DNA of 55,825 bases, counting the filler, from Streblomastix strix (Eukaryota): assembly GCA_008636045.1 (NCBI GenBank). It is 3 parts of 3 records of this genome, joined end to end, with 100 filler letters (N's around TTAATTAATTAA, not from the genome) between each part and the next. Parts side by side here need not be neighbours in the genome. Positions count along the whole stretch, not along the records: positions 1 to 18,550 come from SNRW01000598.1; 2 more parts are not named here. The stretch is one strand, 5' to 3'. Both the position numbers and the translations under genes were made by a program. Positions 1-12,573 of the stretch are shown here, piece after piece. Numbering within the stretch: the stretch's first letter is position 1; every line of letters starts with the position of its first letter. The notes under the pieces were generated by a model. It was not told where the DNA came from. It saw nothing but the letters and a program-made list of their open reading frames with translations, and searched no databases.

Positions 1-869
1 TGAAGGTTTTTTATTCTCTTCTACATCTGCAAACTATGCTTCATATTCACTCATCTACACATGAAGTCGTTCCAAGTATTCGAGTGGAAGTGTTTCATAT
101 TTGCTGAAATCACGAGCATTTCCTGAATTAGGCAATGATGATGATGAAGGTGGAATATCAGAGTTGGATTGAATCGACATAGATTTCTGAAAAATAAACA
201 ATTAAATGAAACAAAAAATAAATAAATTGTTCAATTATATATCTATCTATATATCTATTTATTAGTAAATTTAATAAATAAATTGAAAAAATAGAATATT
301 GATTCAGAAAATAGAATATTGTGAGATTTTGATATTAAATTATAATAGATAATATTAAGTTCTGAAGATGTTTGATACAAACTACATTAATAGTATTTCA
401 TTCAGAAAGATGCTATAAATATCAACTGTAATAAAAAGATTTTTAATATATGACCAATATCTAATTGATCCAATATGGATGAGTATATATGAGAATATAT
501 TTATCTCTAATAGTGTGTTTCTTGTCAAGAAATCAAAATATGATGAATATATAATATGCAAGTGTGCCAGGACGATGAGAAAATTCTTTTAAGTTGGAAA
601 ATAGTTTATTGAAAGCGAAAGGAAATTATATATAGATTGATATATGGAATACAATCAGAAAATTTATTATATTTTAAAAAATGTAACATATGTCATAAAA
701 AGATGTTTGGGTTAAGTTACAAAACGAGCCTTTCGTTTTCGACAGCCATTGTTACAGCTCGAAGATAAATTCAACTTCAAAAACAAATCAATTTATATTT
801 ATTCTAATTTTTCTGCCCTATATAGCAATCTTTTGAGATATTTATTGGGGCACAAATATTTATAATCAA

Positions 870-3800
870 ATGCTTCGAGAATTGCAAGGACATATAGAAC
901 AAAATTTGGATATTAAATATTCTTATTGGTTTGAAGTATAATCAATTTATCGTCATAAATTCATGTTGAATAGTACAATGTATAGAAAACTTTATTTTCA
1001 AATTTCTTTCTTTCTTTTTTTATTATTTTGTAATTGCTACAGTCAAAAGTTTAATTCTGTATTATTTTTTCAAATTAGATAACTAAGATTTAAGAAAGTG
1101 TTACATTTGAATCGTTAAACCATTCTAATTTTTATTCTTATAATAATCAAGGATAAATTCAGTAGCTTGCATTGCTCTTTCAGACTGAAAATCTACCCTA
1201 TTAATCGAATTTATTAACTGATATAGAAAATAAATTGTATTTACTCTATAAAGATGAAACAAAAGTGATTAACTTTCCCATTTCTTTTCGATAATAAAGA
1301 AATATCTCACTGATCCTTATTGTTTAACTTCTTTTGAGAATTGCAGTTCGTGGTTAATAACGAATTAAATGAGATGATTTAAATTCATTTCCCATATATT
1401 TTGAATAGGATAAATTAATAAATTTATTGAAAGATATCATCTAAAACTTATAATCAGTTAATAATCAGAAAATCTTTTCTGCAAACACATTTGCATTAGT
1501 TATATAAGATAGATGGATTAGCGAAGATGAATTTTTTAATGGTATTATTACTCTTATTGAGAATATGCGATAGCACAGACGTATTATGAACTATGAATTA
1601 TTAACTTGCTTGCTTTTTGGTATTAAATCAATATTTAATGAAGTTAAATATTGTGAGAAGCGTAAATTGGCTGAAAAAGTTTTGAAAGAAAAATAAAATA
1701 GCTGATTTGATAGCTGGATGTCTAGAAGAATCATAAAGTTCATAAAAAATTATAGTTTCTGTAGATGCACTTGTATCCATTTATTAATTTATTCAATAAT
1801 AACCTTCTTAAATTTAATTATTTGATCTTATCTTTCTCACTCGAATTTCAATAATTTTAAAAAGAGAAATTGATACTCATATAGTCAATCGTTAATCAAT
1901 CTAAATTTATGAGAAGAATTAACAGAAAGAACAATGCATTAATGCTTTGTTGGAACTTCTTGAAGATTTATCTTTTGACAATGATGTTATTGTAATCCAA
2001 AGTAAATAATGATATCTCTATTATAGTTAAGTCAATAGAACAAATAATTTGCACCGATTTTTGCCCAGAATTACTACAATTAAATTCGATATCATGCTAT
2101 CAACTTAATGTTAATGATTTTATAAGGATGTTCTGGAGACTAACTTCTAAAGAGAGTTATTTGCACTTATCGTAAACAATCCTCCGGAAGAGATATGAGC
2201 TCTTCGTTTGTTTATTGACTCTCAGGGCACCAGCCAATGGGCCCAGCCCGGAAAAATCGTGACATGGTAAAGAATAAATAGTAATAATAAATAAAATAAA
2301 CTGTTATTCAGGAACTGGGACATGCGAAAGCAGTTACTGTTCATGAATCATCTGTTTCTTTTTCTTTTATCATTGGCGCTTCGTGCTATTCATCAGCACT
2401 ACTTAATGTCTAGACTTCAAAGCTCTCCGTTTGCCCCAAATTCCCAAGGGTGGGAACATCTTAATGTGGTGGGACAAACGAAGAGCTCATATCTCTTCCG
2501 GAGGATTGTTTATATTCCTCCGGGTTATAAACTACCTCCTGCAGAGATAGTGAGCTCTTCGGTTGTTTATTGACTCTCCCAATATTGAAAGGATCTAAGA
2601 GTCGGGCTACTTCTTCAGCATTCGCAGCATCTTCTTGAGCCTTCTAGTCTTCTACTACTTCAGTTGGAGTCCTAGAATGTTATAAAAATGGTTAAAAAGT
2701 GTCCTCGGTCTCAATGGAGGACTGTGTTTGAGTGATGTGGATGCCACTGAGGGGTTAAGAAAACTCCAGGTGGCTCATGCCTGGAGAAAGAACCCCAACA
2801 GGGCTTGGTATTCTCTATTCGACATTGTATCTCTCATGTTCGATCTCTTCTAGTAGTGTTCTCTCTTGCTCTTCATCTTCTTCATTGTCGAGCTCCTCTT
2901 CAGTTTAACCAAGGATCTCTCTAGCTTCGACATTGTTATTCTTATCATAGTATTGCCTTACTGTAGAGGCAGTGTCAGAGTGGTGAGTGAATCTATCAAC
3001 TTTCACACTACTGACATTATGTTTTAGGAGTTTGGTAATTGCCGCAGCTCTAATGGAGGTAACTGAATAAGTCTTGCTAATGCCAGCAGACCACATTACT
3101 GCTCTTATGGCTTTACTGAGATCATCAGCTTGGATGTATCTCTCTGCATGGCTGATCCTCCAGAGTTCTTGGGCCTTATTTGGTATGTTTGGTTCTCTAT
3201 CTTTGAACCAGGATTTGAACCAGCGCAGTGGGCAGATCCTCTCATCGGGGATCTTGCAGATCTTGAACTCAGCAATTCTTTGAGGAGACTTTAATATCGT
3301 TGTTTGGATTATGTACTCATCCTCCGATGTGCTGAGTAATACGGCTCTATGCAATTCGGCCAGTCTTGCAACAGTAAAGACCATCGCTAATGTAGCAGCA
3401 ATTGCTCTTCTTTGTTGTATTGAGAGGAGATCTTGTTCCAGAAGTGGGACTTGTTATTTGATGTAGTTCAATAAAATGTCTAAATCCCAGATCTGTTTCT
3501 CTTTATCTGTTTATCTAAGTCGCATTCTGATCTTTCTCATAAGTTATTTAACAAGATCGGAGTGGATCTATTGTTCTGAGTATCCCATGAACTTGAGCAA
3601 TACTGCTAGTGCACATCTTTGATTCTTGACCGAGTTGTCAGAACATTTCTGATTTATTGCGTCTTCAAGATAGTTCGCCATGAAGATCTGAGGTTGTTCT
3701 AAGTTTAGGAGGTACTCAGGCTGTTGATTGATCCTTTTGAGGTATCCTGCCAGCAATGTGAGACCTGCTATATGTGTTCTCCATTAACTTGACCAGTTGG

Positions 3801-6800
3801 AAATGACTCGGTCTACTGCATTAGAACTCAGTCCTCTAGCTTATAACAACTGTCTGAAAAGCTTCTCTCCGTTCTTACTCCCACTAAAAAAAAAGGTAGA
3901 TCAATCCAGGTGGCAGCGCCCATCCTTTGTTTCTATGTTTCGCTTCCATCAATAAGACTTGCGTACTCTCTCCTAAGCATATCTTCTGTCTTGTGATCTC
4001 TCTCAGTTCTGTAAACCATTTCTAGTTTGGCCAATCTGGCGCTATCAGGACTGCTAGTGAGACTCGTTCTTGTTTGATCTTCCTTATAGTCTTCAGTAGT
4101 TAAGAGATTGGTGGGTGAAGTAACGGAACTTCCTTGGCCCATTCTAGACTAAATCCATTTCGCTTGACAGCACACTTGTCTTTAGAGATACTACAATACC
4201 TCGTGCATTGTCGGTTCGCGCGTGTTGCAAATATGTCTATAGAGATCTAGATCCCAAGATCCTTGAGTGTTTTCTAGAGGACTTCTCTCTTGATTGCGTA
4301 GTCTCCGCATCTGGATAACCTTGACAAGCTGTCTGGTATAGTGTTCGAAAGGCCAGGAATATGGCTAGCTTCTATTGTCCAATTGTATTGTTCTGCTAGC
4401 TTGAGGACCTTGTCTACTAGAGGCGCGATCGTGATTGATCCTTTGCCCTTGTTGAGGCAGTACATTGTAACTGTGTTGTCTGTGAGTAATCGTATTCCAA
4501 TATGCTGTTATCAGGTCAATTCTTGACGGAATTCTAGAAGCGCTTTCAGAACTGCTGTCACTTCTCGTTGATTGGAGCTCTTGAGGTTATTATCTTTCCA
4601 CTCTCCGTGCGCAAATACTTTCTCCTGGTTCTCTCTGATCAAAGTTGCTCCCCATCCTGAGCTCGACGCATCTGTTTGGACTGTTATCCATTTGTTTGGT
4701 TTCGTGAAGCACAGTGGTTGGTTCTGGGCGAGCTTGTTGATCCACCAAGTTATGTCTGGTATCGCGCTCTTATTGAGTTGAGTCCACTTGTTCCAGCCTC
4801 TGCTAGCTACTTCCTTGTCTTTCAGCTTTTGGAGCTACTTAGTGTGAAGCGCGCCTCGTTTAAATTGTGCTCTTGTGTATTGGATCTCTCCAATTACCGA
4901 TGCCAAGTCCCTTGTTCTTACGTGTTTCTTTCTCTTGGCTAGTTCCATTAGATGCTTTAGTTATTTCAAGACTCCTCTCCTTCGAGACGTTGTTGTTTAC
5001 ATTGTCATTGCTCTCGTGTTCCACTGCCAGCCCAAGAACTCTACTATCTGCGTGGGATTGATCTGGCTCTTGTCCATTGCGATCATCCATCCAAACTCCT
5101 GTAGTATCATCATTACTTACTATATCTCGTGTTACAGTATTGCGGGATCCTAATTCAGGATCAGAATATCGTCTACGTAGACGAAGATTCTCGAGCTGCA
5201 TCGTTTCCTGGCCTCGGCTATTACTGGTTAGAGGCATTTGGTAAAGGTTCTCGGGGCCGTTGAAACTCCAAACGGCATTCCTTTATAGCTGTAAGAGTGA
5301 CCATTAAAGCTAAAGCATAGATAGGGTCGCATCTCTTCCGCTACTCTGATGTGATGGAAGGCTTGATGCAGGTCTATTGTTGTAGCCCAATCGTTGGGTA
5401 GTATTATTTCCTGAATATATGTAATCCCTTCTAGTTTAAAATACTCCGTTTGGAGCTCGCTATTCAGAATTCGGCAATCCAGCATCTTACGCCAGCCTCC
5501 TTTCTTCTTCGGGATCGCGAATATCGGATTCCAGCACTTAACGAAAGAGTCCGGGACCTGGGTTATAACATCGTCTTCCAGCTCTTACTAGATAATCTTA
5601 GATAAACTCGAATGTGCTTCTTAATCTCCCTTGAACGCGGTCTTGTGTTTCAGGACTTCTAGAATGTGCGCACTGTCTTGGTTTTTCCAGGTAAGCGCTA
5701 TACCTCTTAGTATTCTATCGCTCTGGCTTATCGATCTCCATTGCGGCAAGAAGTTAAGTAATCAAGCGCCCACTTTGTACTGGACTTAAGTTTAAATCGC
5801 ACTGGTCTCCACCGCTGGTTGCGGTATAATAATTGTTGCTCGATGGCAACTCGCAATCGATTAGATCTGGGTGTTTATTGTTAACGGTCACCCCAACAAC
5901 TCGTCATCTTCTTCAGATACTTCATCTTTCTACATGCGGTTCTAAGCTCCATTCTACTCTTCCTCTGCTCCTTCCATCGCTGTCAATCATTGCGGATTCT
6001 GCTCTGCGCGTCTCTCGCGGTTTTATGCTCGCTGATTGTCATTCGGTTGTCTGTGTCCTCTCTCTCTGTAGTTGTTGCGCCTTCCATAGTACTGGCCATT
6101 ATCGTGAGCAGGTGGAAACGGAGCTGGGGCTGGTCTGTAGTTACCTGGACCTTGATTCCTGCTCTATCCTTGAGGGGGATGTGCAAAACGGATTGATCTA
6201 AGACGCGCTCCTGCAGTTAGACACATGAGGTATGCATCAATCAGGTATCTGGAAGGTGGTTGGTTAGGTATAATATGGTGAATCTGCGCTATTAAAGCGC
6301 TCTCTGCGAGTGCAACTGCTCTGGCACAGTCCGCATACGCATGTGATGCTTCGTTTGGCTGTATTTCTGCTGGTTCCGAAGTAGACCATAAGTTCTCGTA
6401 TCGCCATCTGTTCTGTTCTGCTGACCTTCTCCAGGAGTCTCTCGGTTCCATCTTGTTCGGGTCGAACTAGGAAGCTCTATGGACTCCAACTATTTTGGCC
6501 ATTTCTTTGCGAAACTCGCTATCTCTGTGGCGATGTTGGTAATGATGATGTCGCCTGTGATGTCTATCCTTGCGCGGTGATCTAGAGCGACTTGATCTAC
6601 TCGAACTCGACATTGATGTACTATGTCTCCTGCGCTTGCGCCTCCTCGAGTGCGTTTTGTGATGTCTACTAGATTTCGAGCTGCTAGAACTACTTAAGGA
6701 CTCGGAGGGGGATCTTTCTGTGCGTTTGCGCTTCTTTTTATGATGTGTATAAGATTCCTAGTCTGAATCATCAGTACTTGAAATCACGTTCGACGGCGCG

Positions 6801-7499
6801 CGCTGGGACGCGGCAGTAACGCTACAGGCTGTCCAGGCTTGCTGTTCGCGATAAGTTGTGCTCTGGGGGCATGTTCTATAAAGAATCTGATCTATTCTTC
6901 TTAACTATTGGCAGCTTGTGTGTATGTCATCTTCTGTTGCGTCTCAGTTTTCGAAAATGTGCCGTTCATCGCTGGAAATCTCTAGGTAAGGTCCTCGAAC
7001 GCCATTTACTTGCTCACCATATACAATTTAAGTGCATCAAGCTTCTCAATGAAACGGGGATCGTCCTTGTCAAAGGTCGGTGGGTTAAAGCCTTAATCCG
7101 CCAAAAATGCTTCTATTTCAGGTTTAGGCATAAATGCTAGCACCAACAGTGCTTTCCTGTCTTCGTCGTATGCTGAGGGACCTTGCTCTTGCGATGAACT
7201 TGATAATTACTCCTTTTCTGCCATGCAAAGACTTTTTCGGGCTGGGCCCATTGGCGGGTGCCCTGAGAGTCAATAAACAACCGAAGAGCTCACTATCTCT
7301 GCAGGAGGTAGTTTATAACCCGGAGGAATATCTTAGATAACAAATTTATTCTTTAGCTGGAAAAGAAAATAACATTCGTGGCGTTTATAAGATGAACAAT
7401 TTAAGTATAGAAGTAATGACATAAGTAAGTTTATGTATAGTAGGAGAAGATTATTATAACATTTTGTATAAATCATATTCAGCTTACCACGAATTGTGA
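870..7499 (+). pseudogene. Degraded host gene interrupted by the DIRS insertion (870-2172 plus 7332-7499; mirrored in right arm)
   Basis: Long TAR=Gln-open stretches with a few TGAs. Removing the element gives ...LLKRVICTYR|LRQQIYSLAGKENN...YHEL* in one frame. Confidence 0.4.
2173..7331 (-). mobile_element. Mirror copy of the DIRS1-like element in the left palindrome arm
   Basis: Reverse complement of 11220-16378 with the same flanks and lesions, so not an independent insertion. Confidence 0.93.
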
Positions 7500-9105
7500 A
7501 TCTTAGAAGTGATGCACATACACATCAACATTTCGCTATTGAAACTTGATTTGCTTGTATTTGCGTGATCGATGGTGCAGAAGAGATTGGTTTATACGAG
7601 TAGTTATCAATATTATGATTTTACAATGTAGAATTTATATGCAAACATTCTCTTTCATCAATGCTCATTCAGCAACGAATAAGCCCACTTTTCATTTGAA
7701 AAGCAATCATTCATTTTGTTGGCTCTTTTTAAATATTAATCATAATATATTTACTTGTTTTTTCTATTCGTCCAACTATTTTCCATTTAAACTTTTAATG
7801 ATTCTTTATGTAATTTGATTTAAATAAAATAAAGAAAATTGAATTGAATTTGATTAATTGAATTGTGTATTGAAATCAAAGTCAATTGTTTTGAAATGAA
7901 TTAAATCAAACTAGTTTTATAATCATGTTAAAATAATAAAACGAGAGAAATGATAAAGTAAAAAGAAAGAAAGAAAAAATAAAAATAATTAATTAATTAA
8001 TATTAAAATATAGAATAGATAAAATATGAAAATAAATGAAAGTAAAAATGAAAAGATAATATTAAAATAAAACACATAAGTTGAAGTGGCATATTAAACA
8101 ATTATATATTAATCCTAATAGAAACTAATGACACTTCAAGAAAAAAAACTATTGATTGTTAGAAATTTAAATCAACCCCAAAAGAAAAAATAAAATATTA
8201 TCAATCAATAATGAAAGTTCATGGGAATGTTGTCTGGTGGTGTGGAGTATGTATTATGAGATGGCAAGTTAGATGCAGAATTTCTATGATTAGATTATGA
8301 AGGTGTAAGAGATTGTTGCAAATTCACGTTGTTATTTTGTTGATTAGATGTTTGAATTTATAATTATGGGGATTAGTTTATTTGTATAGACTTTTAGATA
8401 GGAGAAGATACTTAGAAATTCTGATCAAATGAAAATTATGAAATTTTATTTTGTTTATAAAAATTAATATCATTAATATTATGACTTTCAGAAGGGAATT
8501 GGTTGTGAGACGTTCTGGAATATTGCGTTTGTATATTATTGGATGCGCTATTTTATGTTATAATATTTTATGTCTATAATACCACTTTTGGAGTTATTTA
8601 AATCCTTAAATATGATAATTTTTCAGTTGATGCTTCTCTCGTCCGTAATTTCTGCTTTTGCTGATGTAAATGTGATGTCTATTATTATTTATAATTTATA
8701 GTGCTTGGAGATTATTATTCGTCAATTAATGTTTAAGTAACATTTCTAAGTTTTTGTTATTTGTGTGTTTCTGATTTTATTTGATGCTTGTGTTTATGAT
8801 GCACTTTTGATTGTTTGAATGATTATTATATCTTTGACTAATTTGTTTCAACAGATTATTAATTTTATTTGAACTTTGCAATGGTTTAGCTTTCTTCTTC
8901 CAACATTGTATGATGTAAATTTTTATTGAACTATGTAGAATTAGAAGAATTAAACTAATAAGAGTTATTAATTTATTAATTATTTTAATTAATTTAAATA
9001 TTTTTTTAATAAAAATTATTGGAATTCTAATGATTTCTTAATTTTAAAGGAGTAATTTAAGAAAGTTATAAGAATTATTTTTAAGAAGAAATCATTTTTT
9101 ATTCA

Positions 9106-9198
9106 ACAATTTAAGTGCATCAAGCTTCTCAATGAAACGGGGATCGTCCTTGTCAAAGGTCGGTGGGTTAAAGCCTTAATCCGCCAAAAATGCTTCTA
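9106..9198 (+). repeat. 93-bp exact copy of DIRS-internal segment 7023-7115
   Basis: acaatttaagtgcatc...aaaatgcttcta is identical in both places. Confidence 0.95.
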
Positions 9199-9510
9199 AT
9201 CAGCGTGATTATCCATAAATATCAGAAGAATATAGTCAAAATGCATAAAACAAATTCTATCAACCATCTGAAGTTACACCTAAATAACCAGTAGCCGATA
9301 AAACTTCTAATCAGCGTGATTATCCATAAATATCAGAAGAATAAAGTCGAACTGCATTAAAGAAATTCTATCAACCATCTGAAGTAACACCCAAAACACC
9401 ATTTGCTGATAGGACTTCTGATCAGCTTGATTATCCTTAAATAGTTGAATAAAAAATGATTTCTTCTTAAAAATAATTCTTATAACTTTCTTAAATTACT
9501 CCTTTAAAAT
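9193..9510 (+). repeat. 111-bp coding tandem repeat (two full units and one degenerate unit)
   Basis: cttct starts at 9193, 9304 and 9415. Unit approximates TSNQRDYPQISEE...KFYQPSEVTPK.P.AD(K/R). Confidence 0.9.
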
Positions 9511-10346
9511 TAAGAAATCATTAGAATTCCAATAATTTTTATTAAAAAAATATTTAAATTAATTAAAATAATTAATAAATTAATAACTCTTATTAGTTTA
9601 ATTCTTCTAATTCTACATAGTTCAATAAAAATTTACATCATACAATGTTGGAAGAAGAAAGCTAAACCATTGCAAAGTTCAAATAAAATTAATAATCTGT
9701 TGAAACAAATTAGTCAAAGATATAATAATCATTCAAACAATCAAAAGTGCATCATAAACACAAGCATCAAATAAAATCAGAAACACACAAATAACAAAAA
9801 CTTAGAAATGTTACTTAAACATTAATTGACGAATAATAATCTCCAAGCACTATAAATTATAAATAATAATAGACATCACATTTACATCAGCAAAAGCAGA
9901 AATTACGGACGAGAGAAGCATCAACTGAAAAATTATCATATTTAAGGATTTAAATAACTCCAAAAGTGGTATTATAGACATAAAATATTATAACATAAAA
10001 TAGCGCATCCAATAATATACAAACGCAATATTCCAGAACGTCTCACAACCAATTCCCTTCTGAAAGTCATAATATTAATGATATTAATTTTTATAAACAA
10101 AATAAAATTTCATAATTTTCATTTGATCAGAATTTCTAAGTATCTTCTCCTATCTAAAAGTCTATACAAATAAACTAATCCCCATAATTATAAATTCAAA
10201 CATCTAATCAACAAAATAACAACGTGAATTTGCAACAATCTCTTACACCTTCATAATCTAATCATAGAAATTCTGCATCTAACTTGCCATCTCATAATAC
10301 ATACTCCACACCACCAGACAACATTCCCATGAACTTTCATTATTGA
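9195..10346 (+). CDS. 5'-truncated Q/N/S-rich hypothetical protein with 37-aa repeats
   Basis: Open about 1150 nt with TAR=Gln, ending at TGA 10344; begins with 111-bp tandem units. Confidence 0.6.
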
Positions 10347-11219
10347 TTGATAATATTTTATTTTTTCTTTTGGGGTTGATTTAAATTTCTAACAATCAAT
10401 AGTTTTTTTTCTTGAAGTGTCATTAGTTTCTATTAGGATTAATATATAATTGTTTAATATGCCACTTCAACTTATGTGTTTTATTTTAATATTATCTTTT
10501 CATTTTTACTTTCATTTATTTTCATATTTTATCTATTCTATATTTTAATATTAATTAATTAATTATTTTTATTTTTTCTTTCTTTCTTTTTACTTTATCA
10601 TTTCTCTCGTTTTATTATTTTAACATGATTATAAAACTAGTTTGATTTAATTCATTTCAAAACAATTGACTTTGATTTCAATACACAATTCAATTAATCA
10701 AATTCAATTCAATTTTCTTTATTTTATTTAAATCAAATTACATAAAGAATCATTAAAAGTTTAAATGGAAAATAGTTGGACGAATAGAAAAAACAAGTAA
10801 ATATATTATGATTAATATTTAAAAAGAGCCAACAAAATGAATGATTGCTTTTCAAATGAAAAGTGGGCTTATTCGTTGCTGAATGAGCATTGATGAAAGA
10901 GAATGTTTGCATATAAATTCTACATTGTAAAATCATAATATTGATAACTACTCGTATAAACCAATCTCTTCTGCACCATCGATCACGCAAATACAAGCAA
11001 ATCAAGTTTCAATAGCGAAATGTTGATGTGTATGTGCATCACTTCTAAGATTCACAATTCGTGGTAAGCTGAATATGATTTATACAAAATGTTATAATAA
11101 TCTTCTCCTACTATACATAAACTTACTTATGTCATTACTTCTATACTTAAATTGTTCATCTTATAAACGCCACGAATGTTATTTTCTTTTCCAGCTAAAG
11201 AATAAATTTGTTATCTAAG

Positions 11220-11318
11220 ATATTCCTCCGGGTTATAAACTACCTCCTGCAGAGATAGTGAGCTCTTCGGTTGTTTATTGACTCTCAGGGCACCCGCCAA
11301 TGGGCCCAGCCCGAAAAA
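11220..11318 (+). repeat. Left inverted terminal repeat of DIRS element
   Basis: gagctcttcggttgtttattgactctcagggcacccgccaatgggcccagcccg is near-perfectly inverted at ~16300-16354. Confidence 0.9.
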
Positions 11319-11326
11319 GTCTTTGC

Positions 11327-12564
11327 ATGGCAGAAAAGGAGTAATTATCAAGTTCATCGCAAGAGCAAGGTCCCTCAGCATACGACGAAGACAGGAAAGC
11401 ACTGTTGGTGCTAGCATTTATGCCTAAACCTGAAATAGAAGCATTTTTGGCGGATTAAGGCTTTAACCCACCGACCTTTGACAAGGACGATCCCCGTTTC
11501 ATTGAGAAGCTTGATGCACTTAAATTGTATATGGTGAGCAAGTAAATGGCGTTCGAGGACCTTACCTAGAGATTTCCAGCGATGAACGGCACATTTTCGA
11601 AAACTGAGACGCAACAGAAGATGACATACACACAAGCTGCCAATAGTTAAGAAGAATAGATCAGATTCTTTATAGAACATGCCCCCAGAGCACAACTTAT
11701 CGCGAACAGCAAGCCTGGACAGCCTGTAGCGTTACTGCCGCGTCCCAGCGCGCGCCGTCGAACGTGATTTCAAGTACTGATGATTCAGACTAGGAATCTT
11801 ATACACATCATAAAAAGAAGCGCAAACGCACAGAAAGATCCCCCTCCGAGTCCTTAAGTAGTTCTAGCAGCTCGAAATCTAGTAGACATCACAAAACGCA
11901 CTCGAGGAGGCGCAAGCGCAGGAGACATAGTACATCAATGTCGAGTTCGAGTAGATCAAGTCGCTCTAGATCACCGCGCAAGGATAGACATCACAGGCGA
12001 CATCATCATTACCAACATCGCCACAGAGATAGCGAGTTTCGCAAAGAAATGGCCAAAATAGTTGGAGTCCATAGAGCTTCCTAGTTCGACCCGAACAAGA
12101 TGGAACCGAGAGACTCCTGGAGAAGGTCAGCAGAACAGAACAGATGGCGATACGAGAACTTATGGTCTACTTCGGAACCAGCAGAAATACAGCCAAACGA
12201 AGCATCACATGCGTATGCGGACTGTGCCAGAGCAGTTGCACTCGCAGAGAGCGCTTTAATAGCGCAGATTCACCATATTATACCTAACCAACCACCTTCC
12301 AGATACCTGATTGATGCATACCTCATGTGTCTAACTGCAGGAGCGCGTCTTAGATCAATCCGTTTTGCACATCCCCCTCAAGGATAGAGCAGGAATCAAG
12401 GTCCAGGTAACTACAGACCAGCCCCAGCTCCGTTTCCACCTGCTCACGATAATGGCCAGTACTATGGAAGGCGCAACAACTACAGAGAGAGAGGACACAG
12501 ACAACCGAATGACAATCAGCGAGCATAAAACCGCGAGAGACGCGCAGAGCAGAATCCGCAATGA
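11327..12564 (+). pseudogene. DIRS ORF1, Gag-like, split over two frames
   Basis: With TAR=Gln, ATG 11327 is open to TGA 11765. A second frame is open 11608-12564, with an R/S/H-rich tract followed by MEPRDSWRR...AYLMCLTAGARLR. Gag is assigned by position only. Confidence 0.65.
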
Positions 12565-12573
12565 TTGACAGCG

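Larger units (their letters stand above)
1..9107. repeat. Left arm of contig-scale inverted repeat (pairs with 9444-18550)
   Basis: Position i is the reverse complement of position 18551-i. Every supplied ORF has an identical mirror (e.g. 2905..3384 and 15167..15646). First mismatch at 9108/9443. Confidence 0.97.
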
